Numbered from the stretch's first letter, positions 26,001 through 37,650 are shown. The stretch is 64,000 nucleotides of DNA from Vicugna vicugna (GCA_013265495.1 MU057809.1:312001-376000), one strand, 5' to 3'. Program-made: numbers and translations. Notes: a model not told the origin generated them from the letters alone.

Positions 26001-27300
26001 GTCCACTTCCGACACAGCATGTGCGGACCACCCGTCAGGTCAGGTCCCACCTCGGCTGGGCCGCGACCCGGGGCTCCCCTCGCCGAGGCCTGCGGGCCCC
26101 GCCCTCCTCTGTCCGGCGCCCGGTTCGGCTGCACGTCCCGCCGCGGGGGCTCACCGCCGTCTCGCCCACTCCCGCGGCTCGCGCTCCGAAGCCGAGCTCC
26201 CTGGCTCCGGGCTGTTTCTGCCGGGGCCGCGCGGACACGTGGGAGGAACCCAGGAGGCGGCGGAGCCCAGAGGCCCGCCGCGGCCCCGCGCTGCCCGCAG
26301 GCGGCGGGCCAGAGGACTGCGAGGCCCTCCGCGCGCCCCCGGCCGCCCCGCAGGCCGCGCACCCCCGCGGGCCCGCCGCCGGCCGGCCTCTCTCGCCCAC
26401 CTGCGCTTGGCCGCCGACGCCGGCTTCCGGCAGACGCGGCGCCCAGGTAACGCGGCCCTGCCCTCCGGAGCGACACCGCCCATTGGCCGAGGCCCGCCTT
26501 CGTCTCCCCACCGACCAATGGCAAGCAGCGGCCCCGGGGGGCGGAGTCAGGCCGGGCGCGGGCCGGTGGCGTCATCCCTGGGCGCGGCTGGCCACCGGGA
26601 GCCGCCGGTTGCCAGGCAACCTCCCGGGTGCGAGCGGACGGCCGGGATTCGCGCGCCAGGTTCGCCCGAGTCTGAGCGGCCGAGCTGTCGGGGTCCACGC
26701 CGACTGGCCTCAAACACGGTAACTTCATGTAAATGACAAGTGCCGTCACTGAGCAAGTGGATGCGCTGTTGCAGGTCGCCGGCATCGCACACGAGCGCGC
26801 GGGTTGTCCCTGCAGCGGAGCTGTGTCTGCACGGAACCGTACGCCCGGGGGTCACCTCGGGGCACGCGGGCTCCACGGACCGAGGGGGTCTGAAGTCGAG
26901 GCGACGCCACACCGGTGAAACCAGCCACCAGCTGTACCGTCGTTCGGTTCTCAGGAACGTTTGCAGCCCAGAGCCGAGGACGCGAGGACGGGAGGGAGCC
27001 TGTGCGGGCACCTTCACGCTGGGGCGAGCGAGCTGGAGCAGCCAGACGGGGCTGTGCCATGGAGGGGAGGGCCTCGGGACGGGGGAGAGCAGCCAGCCGC
27101 GATCCCCTCGTTCCACCCTCTACCGCAGCTTCCTCGTTTCGCAGCGTGTGCTGCTGCAGTTTGCACATGCCCGAGCGCCTCTGTGAGGCACATACGGTAG
27201 CTTCTGGGCCGCAGGTGGAAGCACGTCCAGTCTCACTGACTCCAGGAAACACCATTACGACTTCAAACTGCTCCTACTGCCTTCGCGACCCGCCGGGAGA
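25830..27300. promoter_or_regulatory. CpG island / promoter of C7orf50 (CHLSN)
   Basis: Very dense CpG. ETS motif (CCGGAAG, minus) 26424-26430, CCAAT boxes 26482-26486 (minus) and 26515-26519, GC box ~26538-26546, X-box 26608-26620. Confidence 0.85.
26401..26445 (-). other. CHLSN: Probable non-coding exon 1 of C7orf50/CHLSN (5' boundary approximate)
   Basis: Donor GCGCAG|GTGGGC at 26400, just downstream of the ETS/CCAAT/GC-box cluster in the CpG island; the ATG lies in the next exon. Confidence 0.6.
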
Positions 27301-28357
27301 AAAAAAGAGGTTCTCATCCATACATAAGGTCAAATGTATAAAATTTAATAATAAATATATTTACCATGTATTGTTTACTTTGGGCTTCATTTTTTAGCTC
27401 TAGTAGGGAGAGGTGATTCAGATCTGCCTCCCATTGAGAGCAGCTTTAAAAACGGTCAAAATATATGTAACAAATACCTATAGAGCAAAAAATGTACCAA
27501 GTTATGTTTTATGACATCAGAGTGCTAATTTGACGTGAAATGTAATGGGACCAAAAAATGGGTGGGGGTGGGAAGGAAACCCAGAGAAGTCCTGGTCTTA
27601 TAGTTAGGGCGTTTTCACTCAGGGGCAGTCAATTCTGGAAGAAACAGCTGAAAATCTGAGAGCTAAACAAAGGTTTTGTTAGCTTTATGGGCTGCCAAGG
27701 AGACGCATTCTTGTGGGTGTCCCATTTGGTTGAAACCATGAGAGGCTCCGTTGCAGGAGTGAAGATGAACAGGGCAGCCCTCACAAGGACCTCATAAAAC
27801 CCATGCTGAATTCACCTCAGCTCTGCAACTGCGCTGCAGGGACTCAGGATTTGTTGCTGGTGCCACCAGCCCGCTGAAAGCAGGGAAGGTTCAGTCCTTC
27901 CAGAAGACCGGAATACCCTACGCTCCAGATTATATTTGCTCATATATTACGTCCAGTGCTCAAGAGAAAACAGCTCTGTCCACAAGGGACAACACAATGT
28001 GGTAGAAAGCCGAGAGAAACAACGGACCACTGCCAGAGTAACTGGACGCACACCCAGCGCAACTTCACGGGTCGGACAGCAGATGGTTCCAGGTGTTTCA
28101 GAACCAGGTTCACTTTGCCGGAAGCACAGCAAGCAGAAATGCTGAGACCCTGAGGTTTGCAGCAAACAGAACGTTTATTCACAAAGCAGCCAAGCAGGGG
28201 GCCAGGAGAACGAGCCTCAGCTTCGCCTCCCAGAAAGCAAGGGGCTTCCAAGTTACCCCCAAAATGGGTGGTGGTTGTATTAAATAAGATCTATGCTGCC
28301 TCCCACCCCGAAGGAGCCAAGCAAGGAGAGCGGGGCTGTTTCTTCGTGGCAGATGGG

Positions 28358-28690
28358 TGTGTTTGTTCTCTATTCCTGCACAACAAATTAACACAAATAT
28401 GGGGAGAGGGTCTAGTTCAGTGGTAGAGCACATGCTTAGCATGCACGAGGTCCTGGATTTAATCCCCAGCACCTCCACTGAAAAACCAAATAAACCTAAT
28501 TACCTCCCTCCTGCAAATAAATAAATAAATGGATAAAAAAATTAACACAAAGTTTAGCAACTTAAAACAACAAGCAGGTATGATCTCACAGTCTCTGTGG
28601 GCCAGGCATTGGATGTGACTTAGCTCTGTGCCAGTAGGCACTACACACAGCTTGTAACCCAGCAGCTGTGATTTGGGGCTGCCTGAAATC
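28358..28690 (-). mobile_element. MLT1 (ERVL-MaLR) LTR fragment interrupted by a SINE
   Basis: 'tctattcctgcacaacaaattaacacaaa|gtttagcaacttaaaacaacaagcaggtatgatctcacagtctctgtgggccagg' is the MLT1 terminus. Confidence 0.7.
28398..28538 (+). mobile_element. tRNA-derived camelid SINE (vic-1-like)
   Basis: gggtctagttcagtggtagagcacatgcttagcatgcacgaggtcctggatttaatccccagcacctcc + aaataaacctaattacctccc + (aaat)n tail; perfect 13-bp TSD aaattaacacaaa at 28385-28397 and 28539-28551. Confidence 0.93.
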
Positions 28691-28759
28691 TACAGAACCA
28701 TATAGAATAGAGCATCTATAGAATGGATACTAGAACTCCAATACTAGCCCCCTAGTATC

Positions 28760-29185
28760 TGAGGGAGGCCCTGCGCTCTCCATCCTACCCAGGATGAGGT
28801 ACTGCTTCTCATGGGCACTCCTGGCCAGCAAGGGCATCTTGAGAGGCTTCCATTGGGCCTTTGTTACAATGATGGCTCTTCTCCACAAATCAGAGCTCCA
28901 ATGGGAAGCTTCTGTCAATTAGTAAGTAAGGACATGCACCCCAACTTGCATAGAGGTGGGGGAATGACCAGAGCGAGTCTGCGTGTTCACCAGATCGACT
29001 GTGAGACAGACTTGGGCCAGGACTCCACTCGTGACCTGGACTCTGTCCAGCTCACTCATCAGGGGAGCCAGGACCACTGGGGCTGGTGCCAACTCAAATC
29101 CTGTAGCCAGCGGCCTCAGGAGTTCTGGCTAGTGCCCTTCTCCAGGGCATGGCTCCTCGGGGCTGCTGGTGCCCATGAGGAGGGA
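28760..29185 (-). mobile_element. ERVL internal remnant (protease/RT junction of pol)
   Basis: Minus-strand translation 'RAIIVTKAQWKPLKMPLLARSAHEKQYLILG' matches recalled ERVL pol 'RAIMVGKAKWKPLELPLPRKIVNQKQYRIPG'; upstream 'GVLAQVCLTV' matches the ERVL protease. Confidence 0.75.
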
Positions 29186-29194
29186 CTAGAGCAC

Positions 29195-29635
29195 ACGAAT
29201 GTCCATCAGCGGATGAAGAGAGAAACACAATGCGGCTCACCCACCCAAGGGAACATGACTCAGCCATGAAAAGGGGTGAAGTTCTGATACCTGTTACACC
29301 CTGGATGAACCCTGAACATTATACTGTCAAAGAAGCCAGTCACGAAGCACAAGATAGTGTATGATTCTATTCATAGGAAATGTCCAGAACAGCCAAGTCC
29401 ACAGAGACAGGAAGCAGACGAGTGACGACCGGAGGCTGGAGGTGGGGGTTCGGGGCACGAGAACAGCCTGAGTGCTTAACGGGTTCAAAGTTTCCTTTTG
29501 GGCGATGAAGATGCTCTGGAACTAGATGGCGGTGATGGTTGCCCAACTCTGTGAACGTACTAAATGCTGCTAAATCAGTCACTTTTAGATGCTTAGAATG
29601 GTGAATTTTATGTCGTATGTTTCTCACCACCATGA
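29195..29635 (+). mobile_element. Old L1 (L1MB-like) 3' end
   Basis: 'aatgtccatcagcggatgaa...actcagccatgaaaagg...tggatgaaccctgaacatt...atgattctattcataggaaatgtccagaacagccaagtccacagagacagg'. Confidence 0.8.
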
Positions 29636-29740
29636 AGTGTTTGTTCCTCATTTAATGTGGTTGTTATTCATGTAAAAGGTATTTGTGTTCAACTTGTTTG
29701 TCTTCAGTTCCAGGCTCCCCTGGCCCTCGGCCATCTTTGT

Positions 29741-30521
29741 TTTTATTTTATTTTACTTATTTATTTTATTAAACTATAGTCAGTTTAAAATCTTGTGTTA
29801 AAGTCTGGTGCACAGCGGAGTGGTTCAGTTATACATGTATATATTCCTTCTCATACTCTACTTTATTGCAGGCCATTATAAGTTATTGAATACAGTTCCC
29901 TGTGCTGTACAGTAGGACCTTGTTTGTCTATTTTATGCACAGTAGTGTGTATCTGCAAATCTCAAACGCCCAGTTTATCCCTCCCCACTTTTCCCCTTTG
30001 GTAACTGTAAGTTTGTTTTTCATGTCTGAGTCTCTTTCTGTTTTGTGAACGTTTGTGTCATTTTTTTAGATTCCACATATAAATTATACCATATGGTATT
30101 TCTCTCTTTTTGGCTCACTTCACTTAGAATGACGATCCCAGGTCCATCCATGTTGCTGCAAATGGCATTATTTTATTCTTTATTATCGCTGAGTAGTATT
30201 CCATTGTATAAATAAACCACAGCTTCTCTATCCAGTCGTCTGTCGATGGACATTTAGGTTGTTTCCATGTCTTGACTGTTGTAAATAGTGCTGCTGTGAA
30301 CATTGGGGTGCAGGTGTCTTTTTGAATTAGAGTTCCCTCTCGATATACGCCCAGGAGTAGGGTTGCTGGATCATATGGTAAGTCTATTTTTAGTTTTTTG
30401 AGGAACCTCCATACTGTCCTCACAGTGGCTGCACCAAACTGCATTCCCACCAGCAGTGCAGGAGGGTTCCGTTTCCTCCACACCCTCTCCAGCGTTCTCC
30501 ATTTGGGGACTTTTGAATGAT
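29741..30521 (-). mobile_element. 5'-truncated young L1 (ORF2 C-terminus + 3' UTR + A tail)
   Basis: ORF 30124-30567(-) contains '[24 protein letters not shown]...DTCTPMFTAALFTTVKTWKQPKCPSTDDWIEKLWFIYTMEYYSAI'; 12-bp TSD ggccatctttgt at 29729-29740 and 30522-30533. Confidence 0.93.
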
Positions 30522-32117
30522 GGCCATCTTTGTCGAATTTGGTTGAAAATATGTAAAACACTAACAAGAGTAACCTGCAAACACTGACTTAGGACAGGTG
30601 GGCTGGTCGCACCCCTTCTTCCCCGATCCAGGGCGCTTCCCACCCGGAACTAAGGTCACAGACCTCCCTCTCCCGCGTCACAGGAGGCCCTCAGCTGACA
30701 CCTGGTGGGCGTGGCTGGTACTGCAGCCCTCGCGCCAGCCTGGCTAGCAGGACCGGTCCTGGGAACCCCGAACGCAGCCAGGCTCCGAAACTCCAGAGAA
30801 GCAGGAGGGCCCCCGTGGCAGAACGGGTGTCTCCACCCGCGGGTGAGGACTTCGGGTCCCGACGACGCGGCTGTCCCAGCAGCAGAGAAAACATCCAGCA
30901 TATCCACTGGCTCTCACTCCCCACACCACGAGCCGGACCCAAAATTCTCTTGAAAGGTACGGCAGACTCCCTGAAAAGGCTGGCATCCCCCTCACTCGTC
31001 CAGCAGAGCAGGGGGACCCAAGGCTGGGCACCGATGCCCCAGGACAGAGCCTGGTTCCCTCAGCGAAGCTTCCGTGTCTACCTGAAACTTTCAGCCTGTG
31101 CTCCTGGGGCTTCTCCGTCAGGGGACAGGGTGTCTGTGACACCCTCTGTGTCGCTAAGTAGGTGCCCAGCGCTGTCACCCAACCCCACCCATGGCTGTTC
31201 TTCGTAGGACAGAAACCTCAGCCAACATTTACACAAAGTGACAAGCTCACTCACCACACGGCCGGGACCACCTCACCCCGTCGCAGCTCCAGGGGGCCGT
31301 CTGCCACCTCATGCTGTGCGAACATTCCCACCGAACCCCCCAGCAGCCGGGGAAGTGAGCCCCTTCCCTCCCCAGACATATGGGAACAGAGCACAGGACT
31401 CTCTGCTAAGCCTCCTCCCAAAAAAGCACAATTTTCCAAACTCTCTCCTAACATGAGCATTTTCTATGAAAATTTACAATACACTGGCCTCCCAGTCCCT
31501 TGGCACACGGCCACCCTAGCTGATTCCCTTCGCTTAACCTCCTCAGACGGGCAGTTCTCAGGAGACGCTCAACTTCGCTCATTAAAGACGTACATTTAAA
31601 GCAAGGTAACACTGTGTTTTTGTCACATTAGGGAAAAAAACCAAACCAATAAAACAGCTGATGAGGGTGCGGGGAAATCGACGGAGAGGAAGTTGGTATG
31701 AGTTTTTGGACAGCAACTTGGCATGTTTGATCAAACCTTGAAACACGTCTCCCTCAGCACAGCAGTGCCATCCAGGAAACTCGTCACCGGCAGACAGTAG
31801 AGGGACGGCAGCACCGCCAGCATCCCCACCCGGGAGACCGCCGGGGAGACGCCCCGCCGCGGTCAAGGCGGTGGGGAGACCACGACCTCCCCCTCTGTGG
31901 TGGCAGGAGCTTCAGGATGTGAGCAGCACCATGCTTTCCTAGCCCGTCACCCCGTCACCTTCCTGTGCCCTTTCGACATCTCTTCACACGGGGCTTCATG
32001 GAGAACACTCAGTGCTTCCAGCTTCTTAGAAAGCTCTTGATTGCACGGAAATGCTCCAGGTACAGGGGAGACAGACACGCGGACCCCAAGCGGACCATCC
32101 AGGTTGGACGAGTGAGA

Positions 32118-32465
32118 ACAGCGCCAACAGAAACAGAATGCAAGCCCCCAACCTGTTTTTACAACTTCTAATAACTACAATTAAAAGAACAAAACAAACA
32201 GGTAAAATTCACTTTAATGTTTCCTTTAATCCATCATATCGAAAACACCATCTCAACCTGTAAATATTTTTAACAATGAGAGATTTTCCTTTTTTCCTCT
32301 GGTATTGTCTCCCAAACCCGGTGTGTTTTAGATTCTCCATTTGAACATTAACCTTTCACGAGAAAGATGGGGTCTGTTTTTAGATTCCATAAAATTCACA
32401 GTTGAAACAGACTTGCACTCAAGTTCCCGACAAACTTCAGTCTGTTTCCCAGTAACAGAACCGAG
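32118..32465. mobile_element. hAT-Charlie DNA transposon fragment (Charlie1/MER33-related)
   Basis: 'aaacaggtaaaattcactttaat...ccggtgtgtttt...tagattccataaaattcacagttgaaa'; AT-rich block. Confidence 0.65.
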
Positions 32466-33959
32466 TCCCAGCCCCGCAGCTGCGCTGGCGAGTCTCACGC
32501 GTCCTGAGCTGGAGAGGCTCATGGCTGTCACTGGGAACAGCAGACAGTGGAGAGACGCTCGGCACCGCGTGGCCCCCAGGCCGGTGGCAGCGTCCCCAGG
32601 CCCAAAAGTGTGAGCACTGGGGGTCCGGCCAGCCACAGAGCCAGGGACTCGGGGTGGGCACAACACTGTTGTCACAGGCCCCCGCAGGGATGCTGGGGTG
32701 GGCGCCAGCGTGAGGACCACGGGTCACGCCAGTACCGCAAGACAGGGCATGGAGACGGCTTCATCATATTCCTGTAGAGCCCCCAACCCCGCACTGTATT
32801 TTGAGGCTACAAAACCAGAAAAGAGAGTAACTGCTCAGATTCTTGTTAATGTGGAGACGTCGGGGACGTCCAGCTGGATGACCCACGGGTCACGATCAAG
32901 ACCCACAGGATGGCAGTTTGTCCTGTCCTGTCCCCCGACACCCAGGGTCCCAGGAAATGAGGCTCTCAGGGACGGGTACCAACCAGGGACCCTGCTGTCA
33001 GCCCAATGCCCGCCATCAGGTGGCCCTGGGCTGTTCCTCCCCGGGAAGGGGGGAGGTGGGCGGGGCCACCTCTGGACAAGGACCCCTGACAGGGTGGGCG
33101 TGAGTCCCCAGCCCTTGCCTGGGCCCAGGTGGCCGATCACCACGGAAGCCACGTCATGAAGACAGTGAAATCAGCTCTGGTGGTTTAAGTGACAGAAGCT
33201 TCCAGAAGCCTGGGCCCCTGTCCGACTGGCCTGGGCAGGGCTGCTTGCCGTGACAAGGGGGTCAGTAATGCAGTATAAGAATTACCCAGAATGACAATTA
33301 ACGGGCAGAAGGGCAGCAGTGGGCAGACCTGGTCACGTCACTGCCTCACTTCCCACCTGAAAGGGGACGAGACAAGAGTGCATTTTCACATTCGTCCTGG
33401 CGAACTAAAGGGCTTGGCTGGCAACAGACAGGCATGAAGTCGGGGTTTCAGGAACTGGCTGGAGAGGGTGCCAGCGCTTGGCCCAGGCTGGAGGGGCAGA
33501 CGTGCGCCTGAGGCCCGAGAAACATCGAACTCGGGTCCTGCTCCACCCTTTTCCAGTCGAGCTGCAACTGACGGTGCAGGCGGCTCGAGGGGCCTGTCAC
33601 TGACGGCACGGTGGCTGCTTTCAACCCCTAGTGGGACAAAGGCCCGCATCCCCGACAGCAGGTCGGCATGGTGCTCGCCGCTCGGATGTCCCTGAGCCAC
33701 TGTGCCAGCCGGCTGGCAGCCCACCACCACACAGAGAGGTTAAGTCCGCGCTCCCCGGCCCTGCTGCTCTTACCAAAGGGCCGCACATGCGGCCCCGGGA
33801 GCCTCTACCTGGTCAGGCACAGACCACGTGGGAGGCGGCCTGATGGGGCAGACAGCCGCGGGGCTCCACTGCTGTCCCACAGTGGGTTCAGGCAGGTGTC
33901 CCCCTGGCCCGAGGAAAGTGCCCCTGGTAAGAACACCAGGGAAGGGGGTGAACGGTCCC

Positions 33960-34405
33960 GTCGAAGACGGTGGGGTCTGACACCCCAGGACAGCAGAATG
34001 GGACCATATTTGGAAGCAGACTGGTCGGAGACACAGGGAGAGAGCTCACAGTGGGGCGCATGGGACCCCAATCCCATGACCAGTGTCCTTATAAAAAGTG
34101 GACGTTTGCGGGGAGGGGATAGTTCAAGTGGTAAAGTGCGTGCTTCACATACACAAGGTCTTGGGTTCAATCCTCAGTAAATCCTCTAAAAACAAATATG
34201 TAAATCTAATTACCTCCCCTCAAAAAAATAAAAATCTTTTTAAAAAGTGGGCATTTGGACACTGACATACAGGGAGACGCTGTGGGAAGATAAGAGACCA
34301 GGGTGATGAGTCCCCAAGCCAAGAGACAGAGCCACCAGCAGCGCAGGGGGAGGCCCAGGCCAGACCCTCCTCGGGGCCTTGGGAGAGGCTAAGCCCTCTG
34401 GCACG
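33960..34405 (+). mobile_element. MLT1 (MaLR) LTR fragment interrupted by a SINE
   Basis: 'agaatgggaccatatttggaa...ccccaatcccatgaccagtgtccttataaaaag...ccaagccaagagacagagccaccagcag'. Confidence 0.7.
34109..34240 (+). mobile_element. tRNA-derived camelid SINE (vic-1-like)
   Basis: gggaggggatagttcaagtggtaaagtgcgtgctt...gggttcaatcctcag + taaatctaattacctcccc + A tail; 17-bp TSD taaaaagtggRcRtttg at 34092-34108 and 34241-34257. Confidence 0.88.
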
Positions 34406-34490
34406 GGAGTGAGGACCCTGGCCCCAGAGGACCCGACAGGGAGCTCCCCCTCCGCAGTGACTAGAATCCAGCCTGAGTGTGGCATCTGAT

Positions 34491-34496
34491 TTTAAT
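34491..34496 (-). terminator. Candidate ZFAND2A polyadenylation signal ATTAAA
   Basis: tttaat on the plus strand = ATTAAA on the minus strand, ~100 nt after the stop codon. Confidence 0.5.
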
Positions 34497-34598
34497 TGGG
34501 ATTACACTCATCTGAACTCCCACAGCAAATGTTCAGCACCAACGACGTGGCTGGAAGGACGCTCCCAGTCTGACCGCCCCGCGGTGTGAGCTGGCGCC

Positions 34599-34754
34599 TC
34601 ACCCGGCTGGGCCGATGGGGCGGCTCCCGCGCTGGCAGCTGTGGTCCTGGGGGTGGCGATGCCGGATGCAGAAGCTGCTGCGACACTGCTCACAGGTCAG
34701 CCGCAGCATCTCCTTCCTGCGGCAGCCCTCCTTCGAGCACCGGAACGTGAAAAT
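34599..34754 (-). CDS. ZFAND2A: ZFAND2A last coding exon: IFTFRCSKEGCRRKEMLRLTCEQCRSSFCIRHRHPQDHSCQRGSRPIGPAG* (second AN1 zinc finger)
   Basis: Acceptor tgctttttcAG|ATT; C-x4-C-x9-C-x2-C-x4-C-x2-H-x5-H-x-C AN1 pattern; TGA at 34601-34599 gives a total CDS of 438 nt = 145 aa. Confidence 0.93.
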   Translation of the reverse strand: MFTFRCSKEGCRRKEMLRLTCEQCRSSFCIRHRHPQDHSCQRGSRPIGPAG

Positions 34755-36064
34755 CTGAAAAAGCACACGGTGCTGCTACGTTTCCCCTGCTGCAAGGAGC
34801 AGCTATCTGCCAAGTCCTCCAACGAGACCGTTAATGTTTACACTAGAAACGTTCTTGGCTAAACAGAACGGAGACGTCAAGGTTTCCCCGAAACATGGTT
34901 CTGCCAGGGGACAGAGAAGTTGACTGAGGAGACAGGGAAGTTCTAACAGGCGACAAGCACAGACAGCGTGTTAGGTCGCAGATTTGGGAGGTGACTGGGC
35001 TTCTCCAGGAATGAGACCAGACCCAGGGCAGTGGGGACGGGACGTGGAGGGAGGAGGCCGAGCAGGTGGCATCCGACACTGTCCTGGAGGGAGCTGGCTC
35101 CAGGGGCCTGGGGACAGGGCAGGTCGGCCTGCCTGTCCAAACCCCCACCATGGCCCCTACACCCTGAGGCCAACCTGGGTCGAACCCAGAGCGAGCAGAG
35201 CCCCGCCAGGCCCGGAGAAGGTGCGGTGGAGCCAGGGCCTCGTGTGAAGTCAGCAGGGGGCTGGGGGGCCACGCGCACAGGTGAGCAAAAGCAAGACAAC
35301 CACCAGGGCCTGCCAACGTCCGCAAGTATGAGCGGGTGCTGGCCCGCAGGAAGCCGGCGGACCGTGCGCCTCCACCAAGATCGGGGGGCAACACAGGACA
35401 GAGAACACTATGGCCCCCGTGATGCTGGTGGGAGACACCAGAAGGGAGGCCCCATCCTAAGAGAAACGCACAGGGCCCGCCCCAGCTGTGACCTCCAGGT
35501 GCTGGGGCCCGGACACTCGGCCAGAAGCCCAGCGCCCAGCTAGCAGGGCGGACAGGCACCGCTGAGCACTGAAGAGTGGGTGAGAGAAATGCCACAGAAG
35601 ACACGCAGGTGAGGAAAGGGGGGAGCCCCAGCAAGCCAGACGGGCTACCAGGAGAGCAGCTGCTGTGGGGCGGGACCTGCTGTCTCTCCAGACGGACAAA
35701 CCTGCGACTTCAATAAACATCCTGACACCACCTGAGTGACAGCACTGAGCGTCTGAATCTCACGTCGTTTTGCATTCCCTAGACGGGGCTCAGGAGGAAA
35801 GCATGCGCTAGCAGAGCGGGTCTAGAGGCCACACCAGCTCCCTCCCTGGAGGAAAAAGCGAGGCTCCTGTCAAGAAGGCAGCGCCCAGCGCAGACCCCGG
35901 CATTCAGAGAGCACGCCCGCGTGGCTGTGAGCCCCAGCTGATGACAAACCGCTAGGGCTTTATTCTGCACAAGAACTACCCAACCAACCAGCAGGTTACA
36001 CAGCAGGCCTCCCTTCCCCTCCAGGGACGCGGGCACCCGCAGCGGACATGGAGCCCGTCCTTAC

Positions 36065-36196
36065 CTTGTCTGTCTTCTTTCCGGGATGGGATTTACAGTC
36101 TCCATCCATGTGCTCACTAACCACCACATCTGCCACCTCTCCCTTCTTTACTGGGATCGGGGTGTCACACAGGGGGCACACGGGCACGTGAACATC
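36065..36196 (-). CDS. ZFAND2A: ZFAND2A coding exon: DVHVPVCPLCDTPIPVKKGEVADVVVSEHMDGDCKSHPGKKTDK (C2HC/UBZ-like finger)
   Basis: Acceptor ttacttgcAG|GAT, donor AAG|GTAAGG; 132 nt, phase 0/0. Confidence 0.96.
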
Positions 36197-37361
36197 CTGC
36201 AAGTAATGAACATGAGACGGTATCCCAGATTCAGACAAGATTCACAGAAGGAAAAGGTACAGCGGCACAGCGCGTTCAAAGGCAAACAGCACAGGCACTG
36301 ACGGGACGCTCACGATGCGGGTACTCGGCTGGCACAGTGGACTAACAGCGAGGCGTCCCTGGAACCCGAGGACAAAGTCTCCTGAGTCTAGTGGAGTTGA
36401 AGTGGAACGGACTACTGACTACCCATGGAAATGACCCTAAGACGGCCAGCCAACGTGCCCACACGGGAGTCTCGCTCCTCAGTCTGGGAAGCACACGGCC
36501 CGTCTGAGCTCTCGGGGACACAGCCGTCATCCATCCCAAGACCGGGCCCCAGAGGGACTGGAGGGGGCGCCCAGCAGCCGAATGCCCAGCACCGTCAAAA
36601 AGACCTTCGAGCCACCGCAGAAGTCGAACAAACTCAGCCCGACGAAAACACCGAGGTGACAAGTGACAGGTCGTCACAGGATCCTGGAGGCCTACTGTCT
36701 GCATCTGAGCTGGAAAGGCCCCCAGGAGTGCGCCTGCGGTGGCCAGTCCGCCAAGTCAAGGAAAGTGTTACCGGGTGACCTCCAGGCCGACTCTCCCCAC
36801 AGAGGGACGGCAGAAGGTCCTGTCAACAAACCAGGCAGTAGGGCGGGTCACCAGTGCCAGGTAAACGCGAGTCACCCTCCCTGCCCCCTTGATGAAAACA
36901 GCCAAGGGTCATACTCCAGCCAGCACTGGTCAAAGCACGGAAAGTTAAGTCGCCTGCATCTCTAACCGGCACAGGGCAAAGCAGCAGGGTGCGGACACCG
37001 TGGAGTGCCCGGAACCAAAGTGAACTCGGGCCAGGACCACGTGAGAAGGAACAATCAAAGCCTTAAACCTCCAGACTCACGCAAGTCAGTTTCCTTACAG
37101 CCATCTTTCAGTTCCTGCCTGGCACTGTTTGAGTCACCTAAACAGGATGTCAAGGCTACCCAGGCAAGTAAGCATCCTTAATCCCTACCAGACTAGACAT
37201 GCGCCGAGCACCGCGCTGTGCTTCCTGGGCCTCGTGAAGACCGCTGTTTTCCCTGGTGTGTTGAATCAAAAGGACTAAGTGTTTTAACGTGTGAAGTACG
37301 CTTGGAAGATTTGGATACAGCTATTTGACTCCAATTAGGAAATAAAACTTGCTGCTTTCAG

Positions 37362-37650
37362 AGCTGTGCTGTCCAGAGCTTCCTGCCATGGTGGAAAATC
37401 TCCATGTCTTCACTGGAGGTCACCAAACCCAGAAATGTAGCCAGTGTAACTGAGGAAAAAAACTCTACAATTTAATTAAAAAAATGTTGGGGGGGCGTAC
37501 TTATTAATTAACGGAGATACCAAAGTTTGAATCTAGGACCTCCTGCGTGCTAAGCACACACTCTACACTGAGCTATACCCTCCACTCTTTTTAATTTTAA
37601 AGTATTAGCTACGCGTGGCTGGCATCCACTATTTAGGACTGAGCAGCTTT
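37362..37650. mobile_element. MER3-like hAT-Charlie element interrupted by a SINE (ZFAND2A intron)
   Basis: 'ctgtgctgtcca...gaaatgtagccagtgtaactgaggaa...tagctacgcgtggctggc...ggactgagcag'. Confidence 0.65.
37497..37583 (-). mobile_element. tRNA-derived camelid SINE (vic-1-like)
   Basis: Reverse complement reads ggagggtatagctcagtgtagagtgtgtgcttagcacgcaggaggtcctagattcaaac. Confidence 0.85.

Noticed and set aside
25657..26785. Long overlapping ORFs (359, 263, 320 aa)
   Set aside because: Pro/Arg/Gly/Ala-rich, open on both strands of a CpG island, with no domain: a stop-codon-depletion artefact
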